Numbered from the stretch's first letter, positions 37,899 through 47,352 are shown. The stretch is 64,000 nt of DNA from Nannocystaceae bacterium (GCA_046351635.1 JAXLYC010000019.1:46035-110034); one strand, 5' to 3'. Notes: generated from the sequence alone by a model not told the origin. Program-made: numbers and translations.

Positions 37899-38066
37899 GG
37901 CGAGCCCGAGGAGGCCATCTTGGCGCTGTGCGCCGAGGGCAACTACGACCTCGTTCTGATCGGCAGCGGCCTGCGCATCGCCAGCGCGCGCGCGTTCTAC
38001 GGCCACCGGGTCGAGCGCATCCTCGAGCGCGCGCCCTGCCCGGTCGGCATCGTCAGCTCGACCTGA
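37899..38066 (+). pseudogene. C-terminal remnant (~55 codons) of a universal stress protein (UspA-family) gene with no intact N-terminus
   Basis: The frame ending TGA 38064–38066 encodes …GEPEEAILALCAEGNYDLVLIGSGLRIASARAFYGHRVERILERAPCPVGIVSST*, matching the USP C-terminal consensus (DLIVMGS…GSVAERVVRHAPCPVLVV). The upstream in-frame sequence is not protein-like, and no N-terminal USP segment exists in other frames. Confidence 0.35.
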
Positions 38067-38673
38067 CGCGGCGCGACGGCGGCGGCCGTTCGACGATGGC
38101 GCGCACGAGCGCGCCCAGCTGCTCGCGATGCGCCGCGGTCGAGCTGGCGCAGTAGCTCGCGCCGTGGCCCGCAGCCATCAGCAGCGACTGCAGCGTCGCC
38201 GCCTTGCCGCCGAAGCGCGCCAGCGACACCGCCTGCTCGCGTGCGGCGGACTTGATCGCCGCCAGTAGCACCTCCGCGAAGGCCTTGTCGCCTGCGGCGA
38301 CGACGTCGCGCGCAGTGGCATCGCTGGACTCGAGCAGCTCCCGCGCGTGCGGTGACGACTCGACCAGCGCATACACCGTGGTGAACTTGGCCGCCAGCAC
38401 CGCGGTCAGCCGCGCGATCGCGTCGGGCTCGGCCAGCGCCGCGCGGGCCTGCTGCACGATGCGATCCATGACCGCCTGGCACACCGCGACGAAGATGGCG
38501 TCCTTGTCCTCGAAGTGGGCGTACAGCGTGGGCTTGGCCAGTCGCGCCTCGCGGGCGATGAGCTCGACGGTTGTGCGGCGGTAACCGTAGCGACCGAACA
38601 ACGTCGTGGCCGCCCGCACGATCGCCTCGCGCTTGCCCTGGCCTCCCGACGCCGCCGCTGCCACGGGCGTCAT
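38053..38673 (-). CDS. TetR/AcrR family transcriptional regulator
   Basis: ATG 38673 gives MTPVAAAASGGQGKREAIVRAATTLFGRYGYRRTTVELIAREARLAKPTLYAHFEDKDAIF (TetR HTH). It is divergent from the SDR gene. Confidence 0.85.
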   Translation of the reverse strand: MTPVAAAASGGQGKREAIVRAATTLFGRYGYRRTTVELIAREARLAKPTLYAHFEDKDAIFVAVCQAVMDRIVQQARAALAEPDAIARLTAVLAAKFTTVYALVESSPHARELLESSDATARDVVAAGDKAFAEVLLAAIKSAAREQAVSLARFGGKAATLQSLLMAAGHGASYCASSTAAHREQLGALVRAIVERPPPSRRVRSS

Positions 38674-38791
38674 CGTAGCAACCCGTGCGGGCCCGATGCC
38701 AGGAACCTCACTTGAACCAGGTTCATAAAGCTGGTTCAATCCGGAAACCCCGGCCCGCGCGGCGCCGCCCACGGGGCAAAGGCGATCGTCC

Positions 38792-39649
38792 ATGTCACAG
38801 TCCAAGGCCGTCCTCATCACGGGTTGCTCGTCCGGCATCGGCCGCGCGACCGCGCTCCACCTCGCGACGCTGCCGGGCTGGACCGTGTGGGCCAGCGCGC
38901 GACGCCCGGCGGAGCTGGCCGAGCTGCAGGCGGCGGGCTGTCGCGCGCTCGCGCTCGACGTCACCGACCCCGCGTCGATGGACGCGGCGGTCGCTGCGGT
39001 CGAGGCCGAACACGGTGCGGTCGCAGCACTGGTGAACAACGCCGGCTACTCGCAGAGCGGCGCGTTCGAGGCGGTGCCGCTCGAGCGCGTGCGCGCGCAG
39101 TTCGAGACCAACGTCTTCGGCGTGATCGCGCTGACCCAGCGCGTGCTGCCCGGCATGCGGCGCCAGCGATGGGGCCGCGTGGTCAACCTCAGCTCGATGG
39201 GCGGCAAGCTGGTGTTCCCCGGCGGTGGCTACTACCACGCGACCAAGCACGCGATCGAAGCGCTCGGCGACGCGCTGCGCTTCGAGGTGCGCGGCTTCGG
39301 CATCGACGTGGTCTTGGTCGAGCCCGGCCTGATCAAGAGCGGCTTCAGCGAGGCCGCGCTCGGGGCCATGTCCGTGCGCGAGGGCATGGACACGGTCTAC
39401 GGCCCGTTCCACGAGGCCGTGTCCCGCGCGACCAAGGAGAGCTACGAGAAGGGCCCGCTCGCGCGGCTGGCGGGCGTGCCGCTCGACGTCGCGCGCGTCG
39501 TCGAGAGGGCCCTGCTCGCGCCGCGCCCGCGCGCACGCTACACGGTCTCGCTCTCTGCCAAGGTGCTCTTGGCCCAGCGACGTTGGAGCAGCGATCGCGT
39601 GTGGGACTGGCTCATGCGGCAGAACTTCCCCAGCCCGGGCGACGCGTGA
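38792..39649 (+). CDS. Short-chain dehydrogenase/reductase (SDR) family oxidoreductase
   Basis: MSQSKAVLITGCSSGIGRATA contains the TGxxxGIG Rossmann motif. The catalytic residues are NNAG and YYHATKHA (Y-x3-K). Confidence 0.9.
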   Translation: MSQSKAVLITGCSSGIGRATALHLATLPGWTVWASARRPAELAELQAAGCRALALDVTDPASMDAAVAAVEAEHGAVAALVNNAGYSQSGAFEAVPLERVRAQFETNVFGVIALTQRVLPGMRRQRWGRVVNLSSMGGKLVFPGGGYYHATKHAIEALGDALRFEVRGFGIDVVLVEPGLIKSGFSEAALGAMSVREGMDTVYGPFHEAVSRATKESYEKGPLARLAGVPLDVARVVERALLAPRPRARYTVSLSAKVLLAQRRWSSDRVWDWLMRQNFPSPGDA

Positions 39650-39812
39650 ACCCGCGCGTGCGAGCACGGCGCGGCGGTGGCCGTGATCGTGCCGCACGCG
39701 TGCGACGTCGCGTCGCGCGCGGCGTGGTCGCATGCGCATGCGTGCACCCGACCTCCGCCGGCCCGCTGCACGACTCGACGTATCGGCCGAACGGCGTCAC
39801 ATTGATCGCACG

Positions 39813-40433
39813 ATGTCGGGCCCCTACCTCGCATGGTGGGCCGGGGGCATGGCCCTCGGCGGCCTCGCGTTGGCGCAGTGGTTGATCGACCGCCGCTCGC
39901 TCGGGGTCTCGGGCTACCTCGATCGCGGACTGCGGGCGCTGGGCCGACCCGAGCAGGCGCGCGAGGAGGCGCGGGTGCTCGCGGCCGATCCCGAAGCGCT
40001 GCGTGCCGCACTCGCGGCGGCGGTGCTCGAAGACGTCGCCGATTCGGGGCACGATGGTTCGCCGTCGCGCAGCGCGGTTGCTGCGCAGGTCCGCGAGCCC
40101 ACCCGTCGCGCACGTCCGGTGGGCGCCCGCACGGCGCTGTGGTACGTCGTCGCGATCATCGCGGGCGGCGCGATCGCTGCGGCCCAACGCGGGGCGTGGT
40201 CGCTCGAGCTCGCGCTGCCGGCGAGCGCGAGCGCGCGCTTCGGCGCCGGTGGTTGGCTCGCGCTGCTGCTCGGTGGCGCGCTGGTCGGAGTCGGCGCGCG
40301 CATGGCCGGCGGCTGTTCCAGCGGGCACGGCCTGTCGGGTTGCGCGCGACTGCAGCCCGCGAGCATGGTCGCGACCGCGACCTTCCTCGCCGCCGCGATC
40401 GCGACCACGTGGCTCTTCGGGAGGTTCGCGTGA
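39813..40433 (+). CDS. YeeE/YedE family membrane protein (sulfur-compound transporter-like), first half-gene
   Basis: ATG 39813 gives MSGPYLAWWAGGMALGGLALAQWL…. The signature GGCSSGHGLSG is near the C-terminus. Confidence 0.8.
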   Translation: MSGPYLAWWAGGMALGGLALAQWLIDRRSLGVSGYLDRGLRALGRPEQAREEARVLAADPEALRAALAAAVLEDVADSGHDGSPSRSAVAAQVREPTRRARPVGARTALWYVVAIIAGGAIAAAQRGAWSLELALPASASARFGAGGWLALLLGGALVGVGARMAGGCSSGHGLSGCARLQPASMVATATFLAAAIATTWLFGRFA

Positions 40434-40837
40434 GCCGGGCGGACACACGCCTGGTGGCGTACGGCCTCGCGCTGGGCTACGTGCTCAGCCACATGGGCTT
40501 CACGGACGCCGCGCAGGTGCAGGCGATGTTCGCCCTGACCGACCCGCGGCTGTGGCTCGGGTTCGGCCTCGCGGTGATCATCGCGGCGATCGGCTTCCGC
40601 CGCGATCGCCTCGCCGCGCCCGAGCGTCCGTTGCACGCCGGCGTCGTGCCGGGCGCAATCCTCTTCGGCGTGGGCTGGGCCGTGTGCGGTACGTGCACCG
40701 GTTCGAGCTTGGCCGCACTCGGCGAGGGTCAACTCGCCGTCGCCGTCTCCGTGCTCGGTGTGGTGGCCGGCACGTGGGGCTACGGCGCGATCCACCGCCG
40801 GTGGTTTCGATGGGATCCAGGATCATGCGGGTTGTGA
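40430..40837 (+). CDS. YeeE/YedE family membrane protein, second half-gene
   Basis: GTG 40430 overlaps the previous TGA (GTGA). The protein is hydrophobic (…GVGWAVCGTCTGSSLAALGEG…). Confidence 0.7.
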   Translation: MSRADTRLVAYGLALGYVLSHMGFTDAAQVQAMFALTDPRLWLGFGLAVIIAAIGFRRDRLAAPERPLHAGVVPGAILFGVGWAVCGTCTGSSLAALGEGQLAVAVSVLGVVAGTWGYGAIHRRWFRWDPGSCGL

Positions 40838-41040
40838 ACGACAAGGCCGGCAGCAGCTGCACGCATCGCGGCACGTGCCCGATGTTCGCGCTCTTCGATC
40901 GCGGCAACCAGCTCGAGTACTGGAAGGAGCGCTACTGCGACTCCGAGTTCACCCGCTGCGCGCGCTACCAGAAGATGACCGAGGGCGAGACGCCGCCGGT
41001 GCAGCTGCTGCCCAGCGGTCGCATGCTGCGGCTGGGCTGA
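40825..41040 (+). CDS. Small Cys-containing protein (71 aa) downstream of yeeE/yedE pair
   Basis: The start is ATG 40825 (or 40810), overlapping the previous stop. The sequence is MRVVNDKAGSSCTHRGTCPMFALFDRGNQLEYWKERYCDSEFTRCARYQKMTEGETPPVQLLPSGRMLRLG, with a C-x5-C-P…C-x5-C pattern. Confidence 0.4.
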   Translation: MRVVNDKAGSSCTHRGTCPMFALFDRGNQLEYWKERYCDSEFTRCARYQKMTEGETPPVQLLPSGRMLRLG

Positions 41041-41059
41041 GCTGCGGACTCCCGCTGGC

Positions 41060-42061
41060 TCACCGCGACTGGACCAGGTTCCAGCGATCCGCGACCAGCG
41101 GCTGCGACGGACCGGCGCCGCTCGAGAAGCTCCACTGCACCGCACCCTCACCGGCCGGGATCGCCTCGGCGCCCAGGCGCGGACCCGGATTCGGCGGGCT
41201 GTAGCCGTAGCCGCTGTCGTAGCCGCCGCCGTCGCTGTTGTAGCCGCCGTCGCTGTTGTAGCCGCCGTCGCTGCCGTAGCCGCCGTCGCTGCCGTAGCCG
41301 CCGGACTCGCCACCAGACTCGCCACCAGACTCGCCACCAGACTCGCCGCCAGACTCGCCGCCAGACTCGCCGCCAGACTCGCCGCCGGATTCGCCGCCAG
41401 ACTCACCGCCGGATTCGCCGCCAGACTCGCCGCCGGATTCGCCGCCAGACTCGCCGCCCGAGCCCTCGCTGCCCGAGCCGCTCATCGACTCCGACATGCC
41501 TTCGCCCTGGCTCTGCTTGTACCAGTCGTAGCAGAGCATCGCGGTGCCCGCGACGCCGACGGCACACTTGCCCCAATCGAACGGGTCGACCTTCTTCACG
41601 AACGCCTGCAGGCACTGGATGCCGGCACCGACGCCCGCGAGCCCGCACTTCGCTCCGGCACTGACCTCGCGGAAGCCCTGGGTGTTGCCGTCGGTGTAGA
41701 AGGCATGCAACGCGTCGGAGTCCGACAGCGTGTTCTCGACCAGCGAACCGTCTTCGCGCAGGGTCAGCGTGCCGGTGCTGGCACCCTCGGCCTCGATGGT
41801 CAGCGTGTCGTCGGTCGCGGACATCGTGAACACGACGACCGCGCCGTTGGAGCCGTCGATGCCCACGACCTGCATGGCCGCGCCGCCGATCGGCGTGATG
41901 TCCCAGCGCACGATGCCCAGCGAGGCGCGCGTCTGCTCCGACGCACCGACCAGCGCGATGCCGCTGCCATCACCCCCGTGATCTCGACCTGCCGCCGCGC
42001 ACCCCGAGATGCCGAGCGCAGCGAACACCACCATTGCCAGTTGCAACCGCGGACGTGCCAT
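41060..42061 (-). CDS. Lipoprotein with C-terminal low-complexity (GGES)13 and GGY(G/N)SD repeats
   Basis: ATG 42061 gives MARPRLQLAMVVFAALGISGC. A globular N-terminal ~230 aa is followed by SGGESGGESGG… and GGYGSDGGYGSDGGYNSDGGYNSD. Confidence 0.7.
   Translation of the reverse strand: MARPRLQLAMVVFAALGISGCAAAGRDHGGDGSGIALVGASEQTRASLGIVRWDITPIGGAAMQVVGIDGSNGAVVVFTMSATDDTLTIEAEGASTGTLTLREDGSLVENTLSDSDALHAFYTDGNTQGFREVSAGAKCGLAGVGAGIQCLQAFVKKVDPFDWGKCAVGVAGTAMLCYDWYKQSQGEGMSESMSGSGSEGSGGESGGESGGESGGESGGESGGESGGESGGESGGESGGESGGESGGESGGESGGYGSDGGYGSDGGYNSDGGYNSDGGGYDSGYGYSPPNPGPRLGAEAIPAGEGAVQWSFSSGAGPSQPLVADRWNLVQSR
41190..41460 (-). repeat. Perfect/near-perfect 12-nt tandem repeat (×13, encoding GGES) preceded by 18-nt repeats (×4)
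   Basis: On the plus strand the 12-nt unit is gactcgccacca / gactcgccgcca / gattcgccgcca, repeated 13 times across ~41303–41458. The 18-nt unit is gtagccgccgtcgctgtt/gcc, repeated 4 times across 41211–41285. Confidence 0.8.
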
Positions 42062-42194
42062 TGGATTTGCCCCACCCTTCGCGCACTGCCGTCGTGCGCG
42101 ACCTTCCTGTTCTACGTAGGGGTCCGGAGGTTCCCGACTCCGGTGCGGTTTTCTCGTGCGGCTCCGCGCCGGCCGCGGCAACGCCGCGCGCCCG

Positions 42195-42611
42195 CTACCA
42201 CGTGCCCGTGTTCGGCATCGACAGCCACGGCTCGCGGGGCGGCAGCGCCTCGCCGGCCTGCAGCAGCTCGATCGAGATCTCGTCCGGCGAGCGCACGAAC
42301 GCCATGCGACCGTCCCGTGGCGGGCGCAGGATCGTGACGCCGGCCTGCTGCAGGCGCTCGCACGCGGCGTAGATGTCGTCGACCTCGTAGGCGAGGTGGC
42401 CGAAGTTCCGCCCGCCGCCGTAGGGCTCGGTCTGATCCCAGTTGTGCGTGAGCTCGACCTCGGGCTGGCCCGGCGCGGTCGCGAGGAACACGAGCGTGAA
42501 GCGGCCGGCCTCGACGCGCTTGCGTCGGACCTCCTGCAAGCCGAGTACGCCGAAGAACTGCAGCGCGCGATCGAGGTCGAGGACCCGCAGCATCGTGTGG
42601 AGGTACTTCAC
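42195..42611 (-). CDS. gloA: Lactoylglutathione lyase (glyoxalase I)
   Basis: GTG 42611 gives (M)[24 protein letters not shown]…[49 protein letters not shown]. This is canonical GloA. Confidence 0.85.
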   Translation of the reverse strand: MKYLHTMLRVLDLDRALQFFGVLGLQEVRRKRVEAGRFTLVFLATAPGQPEVELTHNWDQTEPYGGGRNFGHLAYEVDDIYAACERLQQAGVTILRPPRDGRMAFVRSPDEISIELLQAGEALPPREPWLSMPNTGTW

Positions 42612-42634
42612 CGCTGCAGCGTACACCGCGGCGA

Positions 42635-43666
42635 TCACCCGCGGCGCGGCGGCGTCTCGGCGCGACGCGGGCGTCGGCGAAAAAGCGCGATCAGCAGCGC
42701 GAGCACGGCCTCGCCGCGACGAGACGCGAGCGTGGAGCTGCACGCACACGCGGGCGCAGCCGCCGGAGCCGCCGCCGCGCCGGCGCTCGCGCTGCTCGAA
42801 CCGCCCGGCGCACCGCTGTCGCTCGACGCACCGCCGTCGCTCGACGCGGTCACAGCCGCGGACGTACTGCCCGACTCGGTCTCGCCGCGCTCGCCCGAGC
42901 CCGAGTCACCGCCGCCCTCGCTGCTGCTCGCGCCGCCCGCAGCGTCGGCTTCGACGACCCACGCGATGCCGCCGGTGACGTGCGCGAGCCACTGCGGGTC
43001 CGCCCAGGCCTCGCTGGGATGTCCGCCGGCGGTGTAGAACACGCGCGCGCCCGCGAGCTCGTGGGTCCAGGCGATGGGATGATCGCGCCCCATCGTGCCG
43101 CCTTGGTACGTGCTCTCGTCGAGCTGCAGCAGCACGTCGACCTTGTCCGACGGGCTCGCGGTGAAGTTGTACCACTCGTCGAAGCGCGACCACGACTGCG
43201 GCAGACCGGCGCACGCCGGATGTCGCGGTGCGACCACATGCACGATCGCGTCCTGCGGCGCGGGGTGATCGACGAAGCGCGTGCCGATGAGCGTGCCGAA
43301 CCACGGCCAGCGCGTCTCGGCGTTGACGGTGGCGTGGATGCCGACGAAGCCGTGCCCGCCCTCGACGAAGGCCTGCAGTCCGGCCTGCTGCGCCTCGTCG
43401 AGCACGTCGCCGGTGTTCATGAGGAAGACCGCCGCGTCGATGTTCGCGAGCGTGCCGTCGGTGAACACCGCCGCGTCCTCGGTCGCCAGGATGGTCCAAT
43501 CGCGCGCCGCGGCCTGGTCCTGCAGCGCGGCGACGGCGGTGGGGATCGACGCGTGGCGATAGCCCGCGGTCTTCGAGAACAGCAGCAGCGAGGCGTCGGC
43601 GGCGGCCGCCCGCGCGAACCCGGGCACCGCCGCCAACCCTGCGAGCACTGCGAGCGACCGCCGCAT
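42635..43666 (-). CDS. ThuA-like (type-1 glutamine-amidotransferase-like fold) secreted protein with C-terminal MYXO-CTERM-like sorting tail
   Basis: ATG 43666 gives [23 protein letters not shown] (signal). GYRHASIP is the ThuA motif. The C-terminus has a Gly/Ser-rich spacer then [31 protein letters not shown], i.e. Cys pair + hydrophobic helix + Arg cluster. Confidence 0.75.
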   Translation of the reverse strand: MRRSLAVLAGLAAVPGFARAAAADASLLLFSKTAGYRHASIPTAVAALQDQAAARDWTILATEDAAVFTDGTLANIDAAVFLMNTGDVLDEAQQAGLQAFVEGGHGFVGIHATVNAETRWPWFGTLIGTRFVDHPAPQDAIVHVVAPRHPACAGLPQSWSRFDEWYNFTASPSDKVDVLLQLDESTYQGGTMGRDHPIAWTHELAGARVFYTAGGHPSEAWADPQWLAHVTGGIAWVVEADAAGGASSSEGGGDSGSGERGETESGSTSAAVTASSDGGASSDSGAPGGSSSASAGAAAAPAAAPACACSSTLASRRGEAVLALLIALFRRRPRRAETPPRRG

Positions 43667-43730
43667 CTGGCCACGGTAGCGCGGCCGCGCGGGCGCGACC
43701 ACCGGCTTGCCAACCGCAGCGCGGATCTCG

Positions 43731-44195
43731 ATGATCGCGGACGCCGTGGACCACGACCGCACCGCGCTGCGTCGCATCCTGCTGCAGACCCGCACCATCG
43801 CCGTGCTCGGCGCCCACTGGGAGCCCGACCGACCCGCGTGCTACGTGCCCGAGTACCTCGCCGAGGTCGGCTACCGCGTGCTCCCGGTCAACCCCGCGGG
43901 CGTGGGCCGCGAGGGCTTCGGCGCACGCTATGTCGCGCGGCTGACCGAGCTGGACGAGGCGGTCGACATGGTCGACGTGTTCCGGCGCTCGGCGCTGGTC
44001 GCCGATCACGTCGACGAGATCCTGGCGATGTCACCGCGACCCAAGGTCGTGTGGCTGCAACTGGGCGTGCGCAACGACGACGCGACCGCGCGCCTGCAGG
44101 CCGCCGGCATCGAGGTGGTGCAGGACCGCTGCACCCTGGCCGATCACCAGGCCCTGGGTCTGCCGCGGCGCTACGCGCCTTCTGCCTCGCGATAG
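43731..44195 (+). CDS. CoA-binding domain protein (YccU/YneT-like)
   Basis: ATG 43731 gives MIADAVDHDRTALRRILLQTRTIAVLGAHWEPDRPACYVPEYL, a Rossmann-like CoA-binding motif. Confidence 0.7.
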   Translation: MIADAVDHDRTALRRILLQTRTIAVLGAHWEPDRPACYVPEYLAEVGYRVLPVNPAGVGREGFGARYVARLTELDEAVDMVDVFRRSALVADHVDEILAMSPRPKVVWLQLGVRNDDATARLQAAGIEVVQDRCTLADHQALGLPRRYAPSASR

Positions 44196-44920
44196 GGGTC
44201 GCGGGCATCACCCAGCGCCATCAGTCCCCGCAGTTCGACGAGCACGGCTTCGCGCAGCGCCTGACCCTGCAGATCGCTGACGAGCAGCGCCCGCAATCGA
44301 TCGGCGCCGCGCACGACCGCGCGCGGCATCTCCGAGCTCTGCGTGAGCGACGAAGCGAGCTCGAAGATCTGCTGCAGCTCGGTGTCGCGCAACCGGCCGC
44401 GACCGCGCCACAACGCGGCCACGGTCGCATCGACGTCCTGCAGCCACCGCGGGCGATGCTCCCGGTGGTACTCCGCGCGCGGCATCGCGGGCGTGAACAA
44501 TGGCGGCAGCGAGGCCGCGACGAGGCCAAGTGGGATCTGCACCGCCCACGCAGCCAAGAAGCCGAGCACGCCGACGCCACAAGCGGTTCGCAGATCCCAG
44601 CTGATCTGCTCAGGCAGACCCAGCGCCACGGAGGTGCCGGCTGCCAGGCCTGCGAGCATCCCGATCGCCGCGGCCCAACCGACGACGCGGTTGCGGGGCA
44701 TCGCGCCGATCCACACCGACAGCGCTGTGCCAACAGCCAGGGTGGCCGCGGCCGCGAGCAGCGGCTGACCCGGCACGAACGCGCATCCCTTCGAGTGCAT
44801 GCACCCGCGCGCCGCCGGGCCCGGCAGCATCGTCGCCGCACCGGCGAGTGTCAGGCCCGTGAGCGCCACGACCCACGCCCGCCGCGAGATTCCGAACGCC
44901 GCGCGATCGAACTCCACCAT
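44171..44920 (-). CDS. Hypothetical membrane protein
   Basis: The 249 aa product has several hydrophobic helices in its N-terminal two thirds. It overlaps the convergent CoA-binding gene by 25 nt. Confidence 0.45.
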   Translation of the reverse strand: MVEFDRAAFGISRRAWVVALTGLTLAGAATMLPGPAARGCMHSKGCAFVPGQPLLAAAATLAVGTALSVWIGAMPRNRVVGWAAAIGMLAGLAAGTSVALGLPEQISWDLRTACGVGVLGFLAAWAVQIPLGLVAASLPPLFTPAMPRAEYHREHRPRWLQDVDATVAALWRGRGRLRDTELQQIFELASSLTQSSEMPRAVVRGADRLRALLVSDLQGQALREAVLVELRGLMALGDARDPYREAEGA

Positions 44921-44995
44921 GGCAGCGTGAACCCGCGCCCGCGTCGGTTCCTTTCGACGTCCGCACCGAGCGCGCCTGGAGTCAGCTCGGGCGCG

Positions 44996-45871
44996 TCACG
45001 CGAGCCGGTCGTGGAACCCGAGCACCGCCGCGAGCACCGCCGCCGGCGCCTCGATCTGGGGATAGTGCCCGACGCCGGGCAGCGGCGTCACCTCGGCGCG
45101 CGGCAGCAGCTCGCGCCAGCGCGCGATCATGTCCGCGCCCGAGACCGGATCCGCGGCGCCGTCGACGAACGCGAGCGGTACCGCGGTCTGCTGCAGCGCG
45201 CCGACCCAGCGCGACCGCTGCACCCGACGCTCGCGGATGTAGTCGATGAGCAACGGCAACACCCGGTGACCGTCGGCGTGGCGCAACAACGTCCACAGCT
45301 CGTCGACGAACTCGGGTGACGGCGGGGTCTCGCGTCCGAAGATCGCGTACAGCCCCCGCGCCAGGGTCCGACGCGAGCTCAACCGTGCGACGACCGGGCC
45401 CAGCGGCGTCGCGAGCAGCCGCTGGATCGGGCGCGGGTGATGGCACTCGGGGAACAGCCCGCCGTTGAGCATCACGCACGAGGCGATCGCGAGCCCGCCG
45501 CCGCGCCGCTGCTCGTGGCGCGCGAGCAGCTCCTGCGCCACGGTGTCACCGTAGTCGTGCGCGAGCAGGTGCACGCGCGCGACCGATCGCGCGGCGAGCA
45601 GCGCCTCGAGCCGGTCGGCCTGATCGAGGATCGAATAGCGGAACGGTCGCGGCTTGTCGGACCAGCCGAAGCCCAGCAGGTCCGGCGCGATCACGCGGAA
45701 GCGCTGCGTGAGCCCGGGCAGGATCGCGTGCCAGTCCCACGACGCGCTGGGGAAGCCGTGGATGGCCAGCAGCGCGTCGCCGCGACCGCGCTCGACCACG
45801 GCAATGGCGTGACCGCAGTGCTCGAAGCGCTGTCCCTCGCGACGCCAGGCCTCGAACGCGGCGGATCCCAC
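44996..45871 (-). CDS. Alpha/beta-fold hydrolase
   Basis: HGFPSASWDWHAI… and LLAHDYGDTVA form a nucleophile-elbow-like G-x-D-x-G variant. The C-terminal PGVGHYPQIE supplies the catalytic His. Confidence 0.8.
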   Translation of the reverse strand: MGSAAFEAWRREGQRFEHCGHAIAVVERGRGDALLAIHGFPSASWDWHAILPGLTQRFRVIAPDLLGFGWSDKPRPFRYSILDQADRLEALLAARSVARVHLLAHDYGDTVAQELLARHEQRRGGGLAIASCVMLNGGLFPECHHPRPIQRLLATPLGPVVARLSSRRTLARGLYAIFGRETPPSPEFVDELWTLLRHADGHRVLPLLIDYIRERRVQRSRWVGALQQTAVPLAFVDGAADPVSGADMIARWRELLPRAEVTPLPGVGHYPQIEAPAAVLAAVLGFHDRLA

Positions 45872-45904
45872 CGCGCGCAGCGTAGCGCACTCGTGCGGCG
45901 CCGA

Positions 45905-47245
45905 TCAGCCGGGGCAGAGCTCGCTGGGCTCGGCGTAGCCGTGGGTGATGAAGAAGATCGGGTGCCCCGGCGTGAATGCGCCCGAGGGCAGCACATCCCA
46001 GCTCATGCCGTCGGTGCTGCGCAGGAATCGCTGCTCGTCGTAGCCCAGCCAGACGTTGTTGACCGCGACCAGGGTGCCCTCGGGGCTGCGCGCGACCGGG
46101 CCGACGTCCTCGTCCGAAGCGATCGCCTCGGTCGTCCACGTGATGCCGTCGCTGCTGCGGTAGCGATTGCCCCAACCCCAGAACCAGAACTCCTCGCCGG
46201 TCCAGATGCCCGAGCTCGCGATGCGGCTGTCGGTGATGATGTGCGATTCCCAGCTCTGGCCGCCGTCGACCGAGCGACAGGCGTGACCGTCGCCGTCGGC
46301 CATCAGCAGCACGTCGTTGCCGCCGATGATGTCGCCGTAGGCACCGGGGCCCTCGCCGACGCAGTCGGCCGGGAAGCTGCTGGGTCGCCACCAGGTGTCG
46401 CCGGCATCGGAGCTGACCAGCACGTCCGCGCTGCTGTTGCCGCTGGCGTAGGCGACGAAGCGACCCTCGCCGCCGTAGCTGCCCCAACCGAAGCGACGCA
46501 CCGACCAGATCACGCCCTCGGTGCCCTCGAAGTCGGCCTCGGTCGTGGGCATCCACGTCGCACCATCGCTCGACACCTGCGGCGTGCGCGAGGCGACCAC
46601 GAAGCGGTTGCCGTCGAAGCGCAGGCCGCCGAAGCTGTCGTTGTCCAGGCCGACGGTCCAGTCGATGCCGTTGGTGCTCCACGACACCGCACCGGGCCAA
46701 CCCCAGCCCCACGTCGCGACGAAGACGCCGTTGCCGTAGGCGACGCCCTTGCTGAAGCCGGGGCTGTGACCGCAGTCGCACGCGTCCATGCTGCAGCTGC
46801 CGTCGTACCAGACCTGCGAACACGTCGCGCCGTCGTTGGCGCTGCAGTCGACCGGCGTGGTCGAGCCGCACAGGTGCACGTCGCCCTCGAGATCCCACGA
46901 GCGATCGCCGACCCACGTGAGCCCGTCGTCGCACGAGATCGTCGAGCGCCCGACCATGCCCTGGGCAACGAACACCGGCACGCCCTCGGGCACGCTGCCG
47001 GTGTCGCTGGAGCTGCCGCCCTCGTCGGTGGCGTCGGTGCCGACCGTACTCGACGCGGTCGTGCTCGCGGTCGTGCTGCTGCTCGCGGTGGTGCCCGCGG
47101 TCGTGCCCGCGGTGCCGCTGCCCTCGCCGCCCTCGCTGCTGCTGCCCTCGCCTGCGTCGCTCGATCCGCCCGTGCCCGAGCCGGACGACCCGCAGGCCAG
47201 TGCGAAACCGAGCAACACCAAGGGGGTCCGATGCGCGCGCGACAT
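45905..47245 (-). CDS. Secreted lipoprotein with Ser/Thr-rich linker and W-G-x-G repeat β-propeller-like domain (hypothetical)
   Basis: ATG 47245 gives MSRAHRTPLVLLGFALACGSSG. Repeats include WGWGWPG and FWFWGWGNRY. Confidence 0.7.
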   Translation of the reverse strand: MSRAHRTPLVLLGFALACGSSGSGTGGSSDAGEGSSSEGGEGSGTAGTTAGTTASSSTTASTTASSTVGTDATDEGGSSSDTGSVPEGVPVFVAQGMVGRSTISCDDGLTWVGDRSWDLEGDVHLCGSTTPVDCSANDGATCSQVWYDGSCSMDACDCGHSPGFSKGVAYGNGVFVATWGWGWPGAVSWSTNGIDWTVGLDNDSFGGLRFDGNRFVVASRTPQVSSDGATWMPTTEADFEGTEGVIWSVRRFGWGSYGGEGRFVAYASGNSSADVLVSSDAGDTWWRPSSFPADCVGEGPGAYGDIIGGNDVLLMADGDGHACRSVDGGQSWESHIITDSRIASSGIWTGEEFWFWGWGNRYRSSDGITWTTEAIASDEDVGPVARSPEGTLVAVNNVWLGYDEQRFLRSTDGMSWDVLPSGAFTPGHPIFFITHGYAEPSELCPG

Positions 47246-47352
47246 GCCGGACCCCCTTGGTAACCCGAGCGCGCCACTTGTCTCGCGGCGCCGCGAAAAC
47301 TCACCGCGCGGCGCCCGAGCTCGTGCACCGCGGCCGCTCGCGGACAACCCAC

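Noticed and set aside
37708-37959. 83-aa plus-strand ORF between the ECF sigma and TetR genes
   Set aside because: It is Arg-rich junk. The same DNA encodes a more protein-like minus-strand ORF and, further on, the USP C-terminal remnant in another frame.
45437-47263. 608-aa plus-strand ORF antisense to the α/β-hydrolase and W-G-x-G lipoprotein genes
   Set aside because: It has no motifs and an extreme Arg/Ala/Gly content. The opposite-strand genes are well supported.
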